DNA of 64,000 bases from Vicinamibacterales bacterium (GCA_035550595.1 DASZOV010000053.1:3607-67606); one strand, 5' to 3'. Positions 17,181-24,640 are shown, numbered from the stretch's first letter. The notes: generated by a model not told the origin, from the letters alone. Translations and numbers: made by a program.

Positions 17181-17336
17181 CCCTACCGGCGGGTAGCCCC
17201 GGGAGAACCGCCCGGCCTTGCCCGGGCAGGCAGCCCGTAGGCGGGCGGGCGTTACCGGGCGGCCGTTACCCCGGCCCGGCGCGGCGCGGCCCGCCTACGG
17301 GCTACCGGGCGGGCCTGCGGAGCTACGGCGGCCCGG
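17181..17336. repeat. cluster of YTACCGGGCGG-type motifs
   Basis: CCCTACCGGCGGGTAG 17181, GTTACCGGGCGGCC 17251, GTTACCCCGGCCCGG 17265, CTACCGGGCGGGCC 17302 and CTACGGCGGCCCGG 17323. Confidence 0.8.
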
Positions 17337-17368
17337 CCGCGCCCGGCGTAGGCGGCCGTAACTGCCAT

Positions 17369-17453
17369 GGATTCAGTCGGTTACGGGATAAGGGCTCCTA
17401 GCGTTTTGGGGCACGGGCAGCCTAAGCTAAGGCTGCCTGTAAGTGACTGAATC
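17369..17453. promoter_or_regulatory. structured leader/promoter region
   Basis: 9-bp inverted arms GATTCAGTC (17370-17378) and GACTGAATC (17445-17453) enclose a perfect 8-bp hairpin GGCAGCCT-AAGCTA-AGGCTGCC (17416-17437). An AT-rich tract lies before the RBS of 17494. Confidence 0.4.
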
Positions 17454-17493
17454 ATAAGGATTTAGTCGCATTGCATGGCTCTCAGGTGAGTGT

Positions 17494-17742
17494 ATGGAGC
17501 GCACGTTCAACGTCCTCGTCGTTCTCAGCAATGCGTCGTTCATCTCGGCGCAGTTCAGTGCCGCGCCCGGCCCGGAGGCCAAAGCCAAGTTCGAGGCAAT
17601 GGTCGATGGCTGGCATTGCGACTCGTTCTACACGCGCAAGTCCCACATCGTTCGCGTGTTCCTGTCTTCCTCCGACGACCACGCGGAGGAGTTCGGTTTC
17701 CGGTCTGGCGAACTGGTCAGCATGCGCGCCGAGGCGGCGTAG
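17494..17742 (+). CDS. hypothetical protein (82 aa)
   Basis: ATG preceded by AGGTGAG. First gene of the operon that ends with the recombinase. Confidence 0.5.
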   Translation: MERTFNVLVVLSNASFISAQFSAAPGPEAKAKFEAMVDGWHCDSFYTRKSHIVRVFLSSSDDHAEEFGFRSGELVSMRAEAA

Positions 17743-17751
17743 GAGGACGAC

Positions 17752-18048
17752 ATGAAAAGCATGACAGCAAAGTTCTCGGGCACCGACGCCTCTCTGACGG
17801 TGCAGGCGAAGGTCGGGAAGAAGAACATCCGCGTCTCGGTCCGCATGAAGGTCGGTGGGCAATCGAGTCTCGGGTGCCGCGAAACCTTCACGCTCGAACA
17901 GGAGAAGCAGGCCATCTCCTCGTTCGAGCGACTGAAGCAGGACGCCATCAAGCAGGGATGGGCGGAGGTCGTCAAGCAGGCCAAGGACCGAGACGCGTTC
18001 AAGACCATCCCGCCGGCACCCAAGCCGGCGAAGAAGCACGCGGCGTAG
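17752..18048 (+). CDS. hypothetical protein (98 aa)
   Basis: ORF with a basic, Pro/Lys-rich C-terminus. Same operon. Confidence 0.55.
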   Translation: MKSMTAKFSGTDASLTVQAKVGKKNIRVSVRMKVGGQSSLGCRETFTLEQEKQAISSFERLKQDAIKQGWAEVVKQAKDRDAFKTIPPAPKPAKKHAA

Positions 18049-18106
18049 CGGAGGTCGGAGGAGGTTCCTCGGAGCCTCCTCCCTCTTCTCTCAGGAGCCC
18101 ATCGCT

Positions 18107-18427
18107 ATGCCGACCACCCATCTCAATAACCAACTCTTTCCCGACGACGTGCGCCGGTTGCTGCCGCCGCTGTACAGCCAGGAATCGCTGGGCGAGCAGG
18201 CCACGGTGTTCGTGAAGTTCTTCACACCCGATTCCTCGTGGTCGTGGTTCGCGACCGAGTTCGATGGCAACGACACGTTCTTCGGCCTCGTCGTGGGGCA
18301 CGACACCGAGCTCGGCTACTTCAGTCTCGCCGAGCTTCGCGCCGTTCGCGGTCCTCTCCGGCTGCCCATCGAGCGAGACGAGCACTTCACTCCGACGACG
18401 CTCGCGGAGATTCGGAGGCTGTCATGA
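18107..18427 (+). CDS. DUF2958-domain protein
   Basis: LPPLYSQE..VFVKFFTPDSSWSWFATEFDG..FFGLVVGHDTELGYFSLAEL..IERDEHFTP matches the DUF2958 pattern. Confidence 0.75.
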   Translation: MPTTHLNNQLFPDDVRRLLPPLYSQESLGEQATVFVKFFTPDSSWSWFATEFDGNDTFFGLVVGHDTELGYFSLAELRAVRGPLRLPIERDEHFTPTTLAEIRRLS

Positions 18428-18585
18428 GGACCTTCACCGTCATCGTGCAGATTCGCGTCGGCTCTGCCACCGACGACCACCTTCAATCACCCGACGCCAT
18501 CCGCGACGAAGTGCTGTCGTGGCTCAGCGACCTCGGTGCCGAGGTCGTGCTCGTCGAGGTCGCGGAAGACTCGGAGGACAAATGA
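18424..18585 (+). CDS. small hypothetical protein (53 aa, below the ORF-track cutoff)
   Basis: ATGA overlaps at both ends (18424 and 18582). Open frame checked by hand. Confidence 0.4.
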   Translation: MRTFTVIVQIRVGSATDDHLQSPDAIRDEVLSWLSDLGAEVVLVEVAEDSEDK

Positions 18586-20630
18586 TTGCCGCCATCTACG
18601 CCCGGAAGTCCACGGAGCAGAACGTCTCCGAAGACGCGAAGTCGGTCACGAGGCAGGTCGATAATGCGATGGCCTATGCCGTCGCGAAGGGATGGGCCGT
18701 CTCGTCAGACTACGTCTTCATCGACGACGGCAAGTCCGGCGCCGAGTTCGAGCGACGCAAGGGCCTCATGCGGTTGCGTGGCCTCTTGGCTCCCCGCGCG
18801 CCGTTTCAGGTGCTCATCGTCAGCGAACAGAAGTCGCTCGGCCGCGAAATGGCCGAGACGGCGTATCTCATCAAGCAACTCGACGAGGCCGGAGTCGAAG
18901 TCTGGAGCTACATGGAGGACCGCAGCCTCACGCCGCGTGATGCGGTGTCGAAGCTCATGTCCTCGGTGCAGTCGTTCGCCGACGAGGACCATCGGGCCAA
19001 GACCAGCATGCGGGTTCACGAGGCACACGTCCGATTGCACAAGAAGAATCGCGTGCCCGGCGGCCGGGTCTTCGGCTACCGCAACATCCATGTCTACGAC
19101 GGCATCGATGCGGACGGCAATCCGAAGCGCTCGCACACCGTGAGGGAAGTGCATCCCGACGAAGCGACCATCGTGCGCCGCATCTACGAGATGTACGACT
19201 CCGGCTACGGACTCAAGCGCATCGCCAAGCTGCTCAACGCCGAGCATGCGCTGGCTCCGCGGCCGTTCCAGCGCAAAGACGCCGAAGTGCCGTCGTTGCC
19301 CGAGTGGTCGCCGTCAACGGTTCGCGCCATTCTGTGCCGCGAAATCTACCGAGGCACCGTCGTCTGGAACAAGACGCGCAAGCGCACCGTGTGGGGCAAG
19401 GTGCGGCAGAAGAAACGGTCCGAGTCGGAATGGCTGCGCACGTCGGCCGAAGACCTCCGCATCATCTCCGACGACCTCTGGAATCGGGCGCGTGCTCGCC
19501 GGAAAGAGACCGAGAGCCGGGCGCTGCGCTTCGATGGTGGCCGCATGTCGGGTCGTCCGCCGCAACACGCCATCAAGAATCTGCTCGCCGGATTGGCAAC
19601 GTGCGGTCTCTGCGGCAAGGGTCTCGTCGTGGAAACCAGTCCACTGAAGCGCGGCCGGGTCGGCGAGTATCTGTGCTCCAGCCATCGGCGCAACGGCACC
19701 TGCACGAACGCGCTTCATCCGACGATTGAGTCGATGAACGAGGCCGTGCTTCAGGCCATCGAGGAACACGCGCTCACTCCCGACGCCATCGAGCAGGTCA
19801 TCAAGCTCTCGGAGCGGGACGACTTGCAGGACCAGAAGCAGCGTATCGAGAAAGAAATCGGGGACCTCGACCGCCGCATCTCGCGTCTCGTCGAAGCCAT
19901 CGAAGCGGGCGGCGATGCCGTGTCGCTCGTCGCAAAGCTGCGCGAACTCGAAGCGAAGAAGAGCGCGCTCAAGGTGCAGATTCTCGGCCTGCATCCGGTG
20001 CCGCGATTGGCCCCGGAATTGGTGGAATCGCGATTGGCCGAATGGCGTCGTCTGCTGCGTGGCTCCACGACGCAGGGTCGGGCCGTGCTTCAGCGCATTC
20101 TGCGTGGTCGCATCGTCTTCACGCCACGACCGGACGGCACCGGCTACGAGTTCTCGGCCCCGACGCGATTCGACAAGCTGTTCACCGGCATCGTCGTGCC
20201 GCGACCGACCTGGCTGGCCGAAGGCGACGTGCGCGGCAGCGAGCACCTGCGAGCGAACGACACGTTCGATGCGGATTACGGGGCGCTACTGGAGCGAGTG
20301 GAAGGGTTGGCGTCCCCACCGCGAAGCGCGCCTTTGCCCGGCCCGGCGGAGACGAACGGTAAAGGGATGGCGTCCCCATCGGGAATCGCTGGCGACCGCT
20401 ATCGTGGCCGTGATTACTTGGCGAAAGTGGTTTTAGCGCGTCCGCGATACCGTCACGGATACCGTCATTTTTGGGCCGCTGGCCCATCGCGCGTGAGACG
20501 TTCACAGAATCGGCCAGTCGGGTGCGCGGCGCGATCCGGGCGGTGTCTGGATGGTGTCAAGGGCGTTGACAATATCAATCGCATGGGCGATAACCGTGGC
20601 AGGATGAAGGCATGGCGACGTTCCGGCTAG
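18582..20630 (+). CDS. large serine recombinase (integrase); 3' ~110 codons may be a non-homologous extension
   Basis: MIAAIYARKSTEQN catalytic Ser region, recombinase domain, Cys cluster CGLCGK..CSSHRRNGTC and a coiled coil. The ORF runs through the right island repeat to TAG 20630. Confidence 0.9.
   Translation: MIAAIYARKSTEQNVSEDAKSVTRQVDNAMAYAVAKGWAVSSDYVFIDDGKSGAEFERRKGLMRLRGLLAPRAPFQVLIVSEQKSLGREMAETAYLIKQLDEAGVEVWSYMEDRSLTPRDAVSKLMSSVQSFADEDHRAKTSMRVHEAHVRLHKKNRVPGGRVFGYRNIHVYDGIDADGNPKRSHTVREVHPDEATIVRRIYEMYDSGYGLKRIAKLLNAEHALAPRPFQRKDAEVPSLPEWSPSTVRAILCREIYRGTVVWNKTRKRTVWGKVRQKKRSESEWLRTSAEDLRIISDDLWNRARARRKETESRALRFDGGRMSGRPPQHAIKNLLAGLATCGLCGKGLVVETSPLKRGRVGEYLCSSHRRNGTCTNALHPTIESMNEAVLQAIEEHALTPDAIEQVIKLSERDDLQDQKQRIEKEIGDLDRRISRLVEAIEAGGDAVSLVAKLRELEAKKSALKVQILGLHPVPRLAPELVESRLAEWRRLLRGSTTQGRAVLQRILRGRIVFTPRPDGTGYEFSAPTRFDKLFTGIVVPRPTWLAEGDVRGSEHLRANDTFDADYGALLERVEGLASPPRSAPLPGPAETNGKGMASPSGIAGDRYRGRDYLAKVVLARPRYRHGYRHFWAAGPSRVRRSQNRPVGCAARSGRCLDGVKGVDNINRMGDNRGRMKAWRRSG
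20302..20378. repeat. right composite direct repeat (2 x TGGCGTCCCCA)
   Basis: 11-mers at 20308-20318 and 20368-20378. The rightmost copy extends to a tRNA T-arm-like TCGGGAATCG (20379-20388). Confidence 0.9.
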
Positions 20631-20878
20631 TCCTGGCTCGGCTCACGCCGCGAAAAATCGTCGAAATCGCGCTCGATAGCCTTGCAGATCTCGGCGATCT
20701 GCGATGGTCGTCGCCGATCGTGCATGCGCGCACAATAAGCGAGTGGGAACGCGTAGGGCGCGACCTGCGCTTCGCGATTGTGGCCTTTCGCGATCAGTCT
20801 GACGCCGATTTGCCCGACCCAGATCTGGACGAGCCGACAAGCGATACACCCAGGCTAGAGTCGCTTGTCGAAGCGTAG
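20612..20878 (+). CDS. hypothetical protein (88 aa)
   Basis: ORF overlapping the recombinase stop. No homology recognised. Confidence 0.35.
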   Translation: MATFRLVLARLTPRKIVEIALDSLADLGDLRWSSPIVHARTISEWERVGRDLRFAIVAFRDQSDADLPDPDLDEPTSDTPRLESLVEA

Positions 20879-21257
20879 CAAGCGCCATCGGTCTCTCTCG
20901 GCGAGACGCTCGGTTGGAGTCATCACTGAGCGCCGCGAGTTGCACATGGGGCCATTGCCGCGCCCCGAGACCCTCCAGCAATTCGACGACATTGTTCCTG
21001 GTGCCGCCGAGCGCATTCTGCTCATGGCTGAGGGCCACGCTCGCGATGCGTGGCTCGATCATCGCGCTGAGCGCGCCGCGAAAATCATTGGGCTGTCCGG
21101 AGCATTCCTCATCATTCTTGTCGCGCTCAGCGGGGGACTATGGCTCGCCTATTCTGGTCGCAGCCTCGCAGGCGTGACATCCGTGCTCGCGGCTATTGCG
21201 GCGCCGGTCGGCACGTTGATCACACGCCGCTATCGTAAGGGCCAGCAGGACCGCTAG
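20865..21257 (+). CDS. DUF2335-like membrane protein
   Basis: GPLPRPETLQQFDDIVPGAAERILLMAE followed by two TM segments. The start is uncertain. Confidence 0.6.
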   Translation: MSKRSKRHRSLSARRSVGVITERRELHMGPLPRPETLQQFDDIVPGAAERILLMAEGHARDAWLDHRAERAAKIIGLSGAFLIILVALSGGLWLAYSGRSLAGVTSVLAAIAAPVGTLITRRYRKGQQDR

Positions 21258-21420
21258 CTTTACCGTCCTCGCCCCACTCCCGCGCCGTCCGGTCGAGCAG
21301 CCGATCGGATCGTCGACGCAGCGCCTCCGGCACGGGCACGCGCTCGTCGTCGACTGGCGGCAGATCCGCATCCGCCTTGCGGCGTTCATCGCGCGGTGTG
21401 TCCTGATTGTTCATCGACAT
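21220..21420 (-). CDS. hypothetical acidic protein (66 aa)
   Basis: Its start overlaps the HIRAN gene stop (TGATG-type coupling on the minus strand). Confidence 0.4.
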   Translation of the reverse strand: MSMNNQDTPRDERRKADADLPPVDDERVPVPEALRRRSDRLLDRTAREWGEDGKASGPAGPYDSGV

Positions 21421-22118
21421 CAGTGGAGCAGCGCGAAGAGCGCGAACGCGATCAGAACTGCGGCGACAATCAGCATCCGCTTGATCTTGGGCGAAGGCGC
21501 CGAAGTCGTAGGCGCGACACTCTGGACTGCGAGCGGCTGCGGCGCAGTGTGTGGCGACGTAATCGCCTGCGGCGGTGCTGGCTGGCTCGGCGTTGGATCG
21601 ATGGACGCGATTGTTCGCGTTGGCGACTCATCCACGTCAGCCGAACCATCTTCACCGAGCGCCCTCAATGCTTTGTCGCGCTCGCGTGTCACCGCGCGAA
21701 GTTGGCGGCGCAGATTCTTCAGTTCTTCCGTGTCCTTCCGCTTGGCGCGGCGTTGACGTTCCTCGGCGCGGTACTGCCGATCCTGCCAGTCGTACATCGG
21801 CTTGGCGTCGAATGAGAGGCCGATGCCTGGCTTGTCAGGCTCGCCGCCGTAGATCGTGGCCTGGTAGCGCGTCCCAAGTGCGTTCAGTGCGGCTGCAGCT
21901 TCATGGAACTCTTCGGCGTTCTTGCGGCTCAAATAGCCGAGCATTGCGCTGTCGTCACCGCTCACGACTTTGATCGCGTTGGCGTCGACGGGATTCTCCG
22001 GCTCGGGCACAAGCGCGATGAGGCACGCGTGATCGGGGTGTGCCGCGAGTAGGCGCGCGAGTGCGTCTTGCCGGAAGGATTCACCGACGACGGCGAGGAA
22101 GGTGATGCGCGGAGCCAC
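21420..22118 (-). CDS. HIRAN-domain protein with coiled coil, Pro-rich linker and C-terminal TM anchor
   Basis: VGESFRQDAL..LVPEPENPVDANAIKV..MLGYLSRKNAEEF is the HIRAN pattern. C-terminal KRMLIVAAVLIAFALFALLH. Confidence 0.7.
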   Translation of the reverse strand: MAPRITFLAVVGESFRQDALARLLAAHPDHACLIALVPEPENPVDANAIKVVSGDDSAMLGYLSRKNAEEFHEAAAALNALGTRYQATIYGGEPDKPGIGLSFDAKPMYDWQDRQYRAEERQRRAKRKDTEELKNLRRQLRAVTRERDKALRALGEDGSADVDESPTRTIASIDPTPSQPAPPQAITSPHTAPQPLAVQSVAPTTSAPSPKIKRMLIVAAVLIAFALFALLH

Positions 22119-22123
22119 GAGAC

Positions 22124-22321
22124 CTACGGGCGAGGCGCGTCCTGTCGTGCGCGCGGTGGCTGTGCCTGATAGGCGGCGGCCTGCAAGATGCGCGCGAAAA
22201 TCGCCAACAGGCAGGCGATGCCGATGATGGTCGGCCCGGCAGAGACTTGAGCCGTCATCGCGACTGCGGCGACGGCTGTAAGGACGGAAAGGGCGATGAG
22301 TGCGCCAGCGAGAACGAGCAT
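22124..22321 (-). CDS. small two-TM membrane protein (65 aa)
   Basis: Hydrophobic ORF in the same minus-strand cassette. Confidence 0.45.
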   Translation of the reverse strand: MLVLAGALIALSVLTAVAAVAMTAQVSAGPTIIGIACLLAIFARILQAAAYQAQPPRARQDAPRP

Positions 22322-22337
22322 AGCGGTCTCCTAATCG

Positions 22338-22823
22338 TTACTTCTTGCTGTCTCGCGCCTTCTTCATGGCATTTCTGAGCGTCTGGATTAACTCATCGGC
22401 GAGACCGCATTGCACCGTGTTCGCGCCGTTCGAGCTGTCGAGCTTCCCGAATTTTCCGATGGAACGCCTGAGCTTTGCCCCGTCGCCCCACAGGGCCGTG
22501 CCGTCTGGTAGTTCCACGTCGACATGAGCACTTGGGGTGCCGCCCATCATGCCGACCATGACACGCGCCGTGGCACTCGGGAGATTGGCGCGCACTCGAA
22601 AAATCGCGTCGGCATCCTCTTTAGAGGCGGCGATCGTAATCGGAAGCGAATCCGGAAGATGCTCAGCGAAGCACTTTGCCACCGGGGCATCTTCGGCGAG
22701 ATCGTCGACCGGAACGACATAGGCCGTTCGGATCGTGGCCAGCCGAGGGTCTGGTCCCTTGGCTGAGAGTGAAAAGGGCAAGGCCGAGGCGATTACGACG
22801 AGCGGGAGGACTCGACGGAGCAT
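22338..22823 (-). CDS. secreted hypothetical protein
   Basis: Signal peptide MLRRVLPLVVIASALPFSLSA. 161 aa. Confidence 0.6.
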   Translation of the reverse strand: MLRRVLPLVVIASALPFSLSAKGPDPRLATIRTAYVVPVDDLAEDAPVAKCFAEHLPDSLPITIAASKEDADAIFRVRANLPSATARVMVGMMGGTPSAHVDVELPDGTALWGDGAKLRRSIGKFGKLDSSNGANTVQCGLADELIQTLRNAMKKARDSKK

Positions 22824-22861
22824 TGATTCTGATCTCCACTAAAGGCGCGGCAAACCTGCTG

Positions 22862-23515
22862 TCATTGAATCTGCCGCAATTGGGCCTGAGAAAACGTGAC
22901 GACAATATTGTGGCCGACGGTTGGAATTGCAGTGAGCTTCACCGGCTTGTCAGGATTGAAAGCCGGCGGCGAATACGTGACAGCTCCGCGATTGACTTGA
23001 ATTCGCATGCCGGTAGGAATCGCCACGCGAGCAGGCGACAGAAAGGTCTCAAGTGGCGTGACGATTGCACCGTCACGCATAATGACGATCCGTTCGATAT
23101 TGGGAGCCTCCATCGTTGTCGGCGTGATCGCAACGAGGATATATGGATGCCAAGTGATATGGCCGATCGGCTCCATCTTTCGGATGAATTCGCGCGTGTC
23201 ATCCAGAAAGAGATTCGCCGGTCCTGCGACCGTAATCGTCAAGCCTGGCACGCTTGCTGCGATAACGCGCGCGCGCGAAAAGCCAGGAACGAGCTTGAGA
23301 ATCTCCCGTGAAGCGATCGCGTCGAAGCGATCTGGATCGCCGCTCGCCTCTTGCACAGCCTTGGCTGCGATCGATTTCACTTCATCTTCATTGAGACGTC
23401 GGAATGAAGTGGCAGCGCGTCGTTGATTGCTGCGCGTCGCTCGGGCCTGCGCGTGAGCGCCGATTGGCATGCAAGCGAACACGAACAGGCCGATGAGTGG
23501 GAGGACTCGGCGCAT
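22862..23515 (-). CDS. secreted hypothetical protein
   Basis: Signal peptide MRRVLPLIGLFVFACMPIGAHA. 217 aa. Confidence 0.6.
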   Translation of the reverse strand: MRRVLPLIGLFVFACMPIGAHAQARATRSNQRRAATSFRRLNEDEVKSIAAKAVQEASGDPDRFDAIASREILKLVPGFSRARVIAASVPGLTITVAGPANLFLDDTREFIRKMEPIGHITWHPYILVAITPTTMEAPNIERIVIMRDGAIVTPLETFLSPARVAIPTGMRIQVNRGAVTYSPPAFNPDKPVKLTAIPTVGHNIVVTFSQAQLRQIQ

Positions 23516-23603
23516 TCAAGAACTCCTAAAAAGTGCGTGGCCAAACATTATCGCGCGTGCGAGTGGGCAGTCAACCGTCTATCGATAGCGCGATACGCAA
23601 TCG

Positions 23604-24224
23604 TCAATGAGCGCCACGATCGCGGCGGCGAGTCGTGGGCTTTTCAGGCTCAAGATCCGGATTTTCTCGTCGAGCGTCATCGCCGAGCAATTCGAGGATG
23701 GCTTCAGCATGGCGCGAGACCGCGCGCCTGAGTTCCGCGTTCTCCGCACGCACGGCTTCGACCAAGCCAGCCACAGCATCCGATTCGTGGGCATATGGGG
23801 AGCCTCCAGTCATGGAGGCTCCTTCTATATCAGCGCCGTGCCTGATCAGGTCACTCGCCGCAGAGCCCGGATCAAAAGCGCGTCCTGACGCATCGATTAA
23901 CAGGAAATCGGCGAGCGCCTCAAAGCGGACGCGATAAAGCGTCGCCAAGCCCTTCAGTACGAGGCAATCAGGCGCGCGTTCGCCGCGTTCGTATCGGCTC
24001 AGCGCGGATTTCGAGACGTGAATTCCTCGCTCGCCAAGCGCGTCGCGAATGCGGTCGAGCGACTTGTTCGGATCACGCATTGACTGATCGCGAAGTGCGG
24101 CCAGGAGTCGGCCGAATTCTGGCGATCGTCGCCCTCCAGCCCGGGCCTTACGTGTCCCCATTAGCGGGAGTCTACCGGGCATCGTCGCCAACATGAGACG
24201 CTCGGTTAAATATGGTGTTGACAA
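23604..24224 (-). CDS. CI-like HTH repressor (XRE family N-terminal domain)
   Basis: IHVSKSALSRYERGERAP is the HTH. Divergent from a Cro-like gene. The start is uncertain (TTG 24224, or ATG 24194/24182/24161). Confidence 0.7.
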   Translation of the reverse strand: MSTPYLTERLMLATMPGRLPLMGTRKARAGGRRSPEFGRLLAALRDQSMRDPNKSLDRIRDALGERGIHVSKSALSRYERGERAPDCLVLKGLATLYRVRFEALADFLLIDASGRAFDPGSAASDLIRHGADIEGASMTGGSPYAHESDAVAGLVEAVRAENAELRRAVSRHAEAILELLGDDARRENPDLEPEKPTTRRRDRGAH

Positions 24225-24256
24225 ATCGGGACGGCGGCATTACGATCCGTCCCGAT
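24217..24256 (+). promoter_or_regulatory. sigma70-like promoter TTGACA-N18-TACGAT, with a perfect 10-bp inverted repeat ending at the Cro-like start codon
   Basis: TTGACA 24217-24222 and TACGAT 24241-24246. ATCGGGACGG (24225-24234) pairs with CCGTCCCGAT (24247-24256). ATG at 24257. Confidence 0.4.
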
Positions 24257-24472
24257 ATGGCGACACTGATCAAATTCGACGCCGAACGGCTCGCGTCCGA
24301 CGTTGCCTCCCGCGGCTGGCTCCCGCGGGATCTTGCCCGCGCGGCAGGCGTCTCGGACATGACCGTTTCTCGCATTCTCAATGGCACTCGCTGCAATCCC
24401 AGAACGTGGGATCGAGTCGCTAAGGCGATGGGCTACTCCGTCCGCAGGTACCTCAGACGGGAGGTCGCCTAA
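24257..24472 (+). CDS. Cro-like HTH protein
   Basis: LPRDLARAAGVSDMTVSRILNG. ATG 24257 within ORF 24212..24472. Confidence 0.65.
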   Translation: MATLIKFDAERLASDVASRGWLPRDLARAAGVSDMTVSRILNGTRCNPRTWDRVAKAMGYSVRRYLRREVA

Positions 24473-24640
24473 TGGCCGCCTCACGCCTGCTCCAACAGCC
24501 ACCGCAGATGTTCCCGCGCCGCGCGCCATTCGGCCTCGGCCGCGAGGAATCGGCGTCTCGCGCATCGCAGGACGTTCAGTCGGATCTGGTCGGCGTCGTC
24601 GCGCAGCAGGTCGAGCGTGTCGTGGGGGAGCGGTAGCGTC

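Larger units (their letters stand above)
6587..20388. mobile_element. ~13.7 kb integrative island, possibly a phage-satellite-like element, bounded by direct repeats
   Basis: Paired TGGCGTCCCCA-containing repeats lie at both ends. GC drops at the left end. Contents include XRE regulators, primase-helicase, prohead protease, DUF2958 and a serine recombinase. Confidence 0.5.

Noticed and set aside
20357-20450. Intact tRNA gene on the minus strand ending in GGGGACGCCA
   Set aside because: Only about 21 nt (T-arm 3' half, acceptor 3' strand and CCA) look tRNA-like. No matching 5' acceptor strand (GTCCCCA), D-arm or anticodon arm could be folded. The other three copies have even less. I treat them as att-type fragments.
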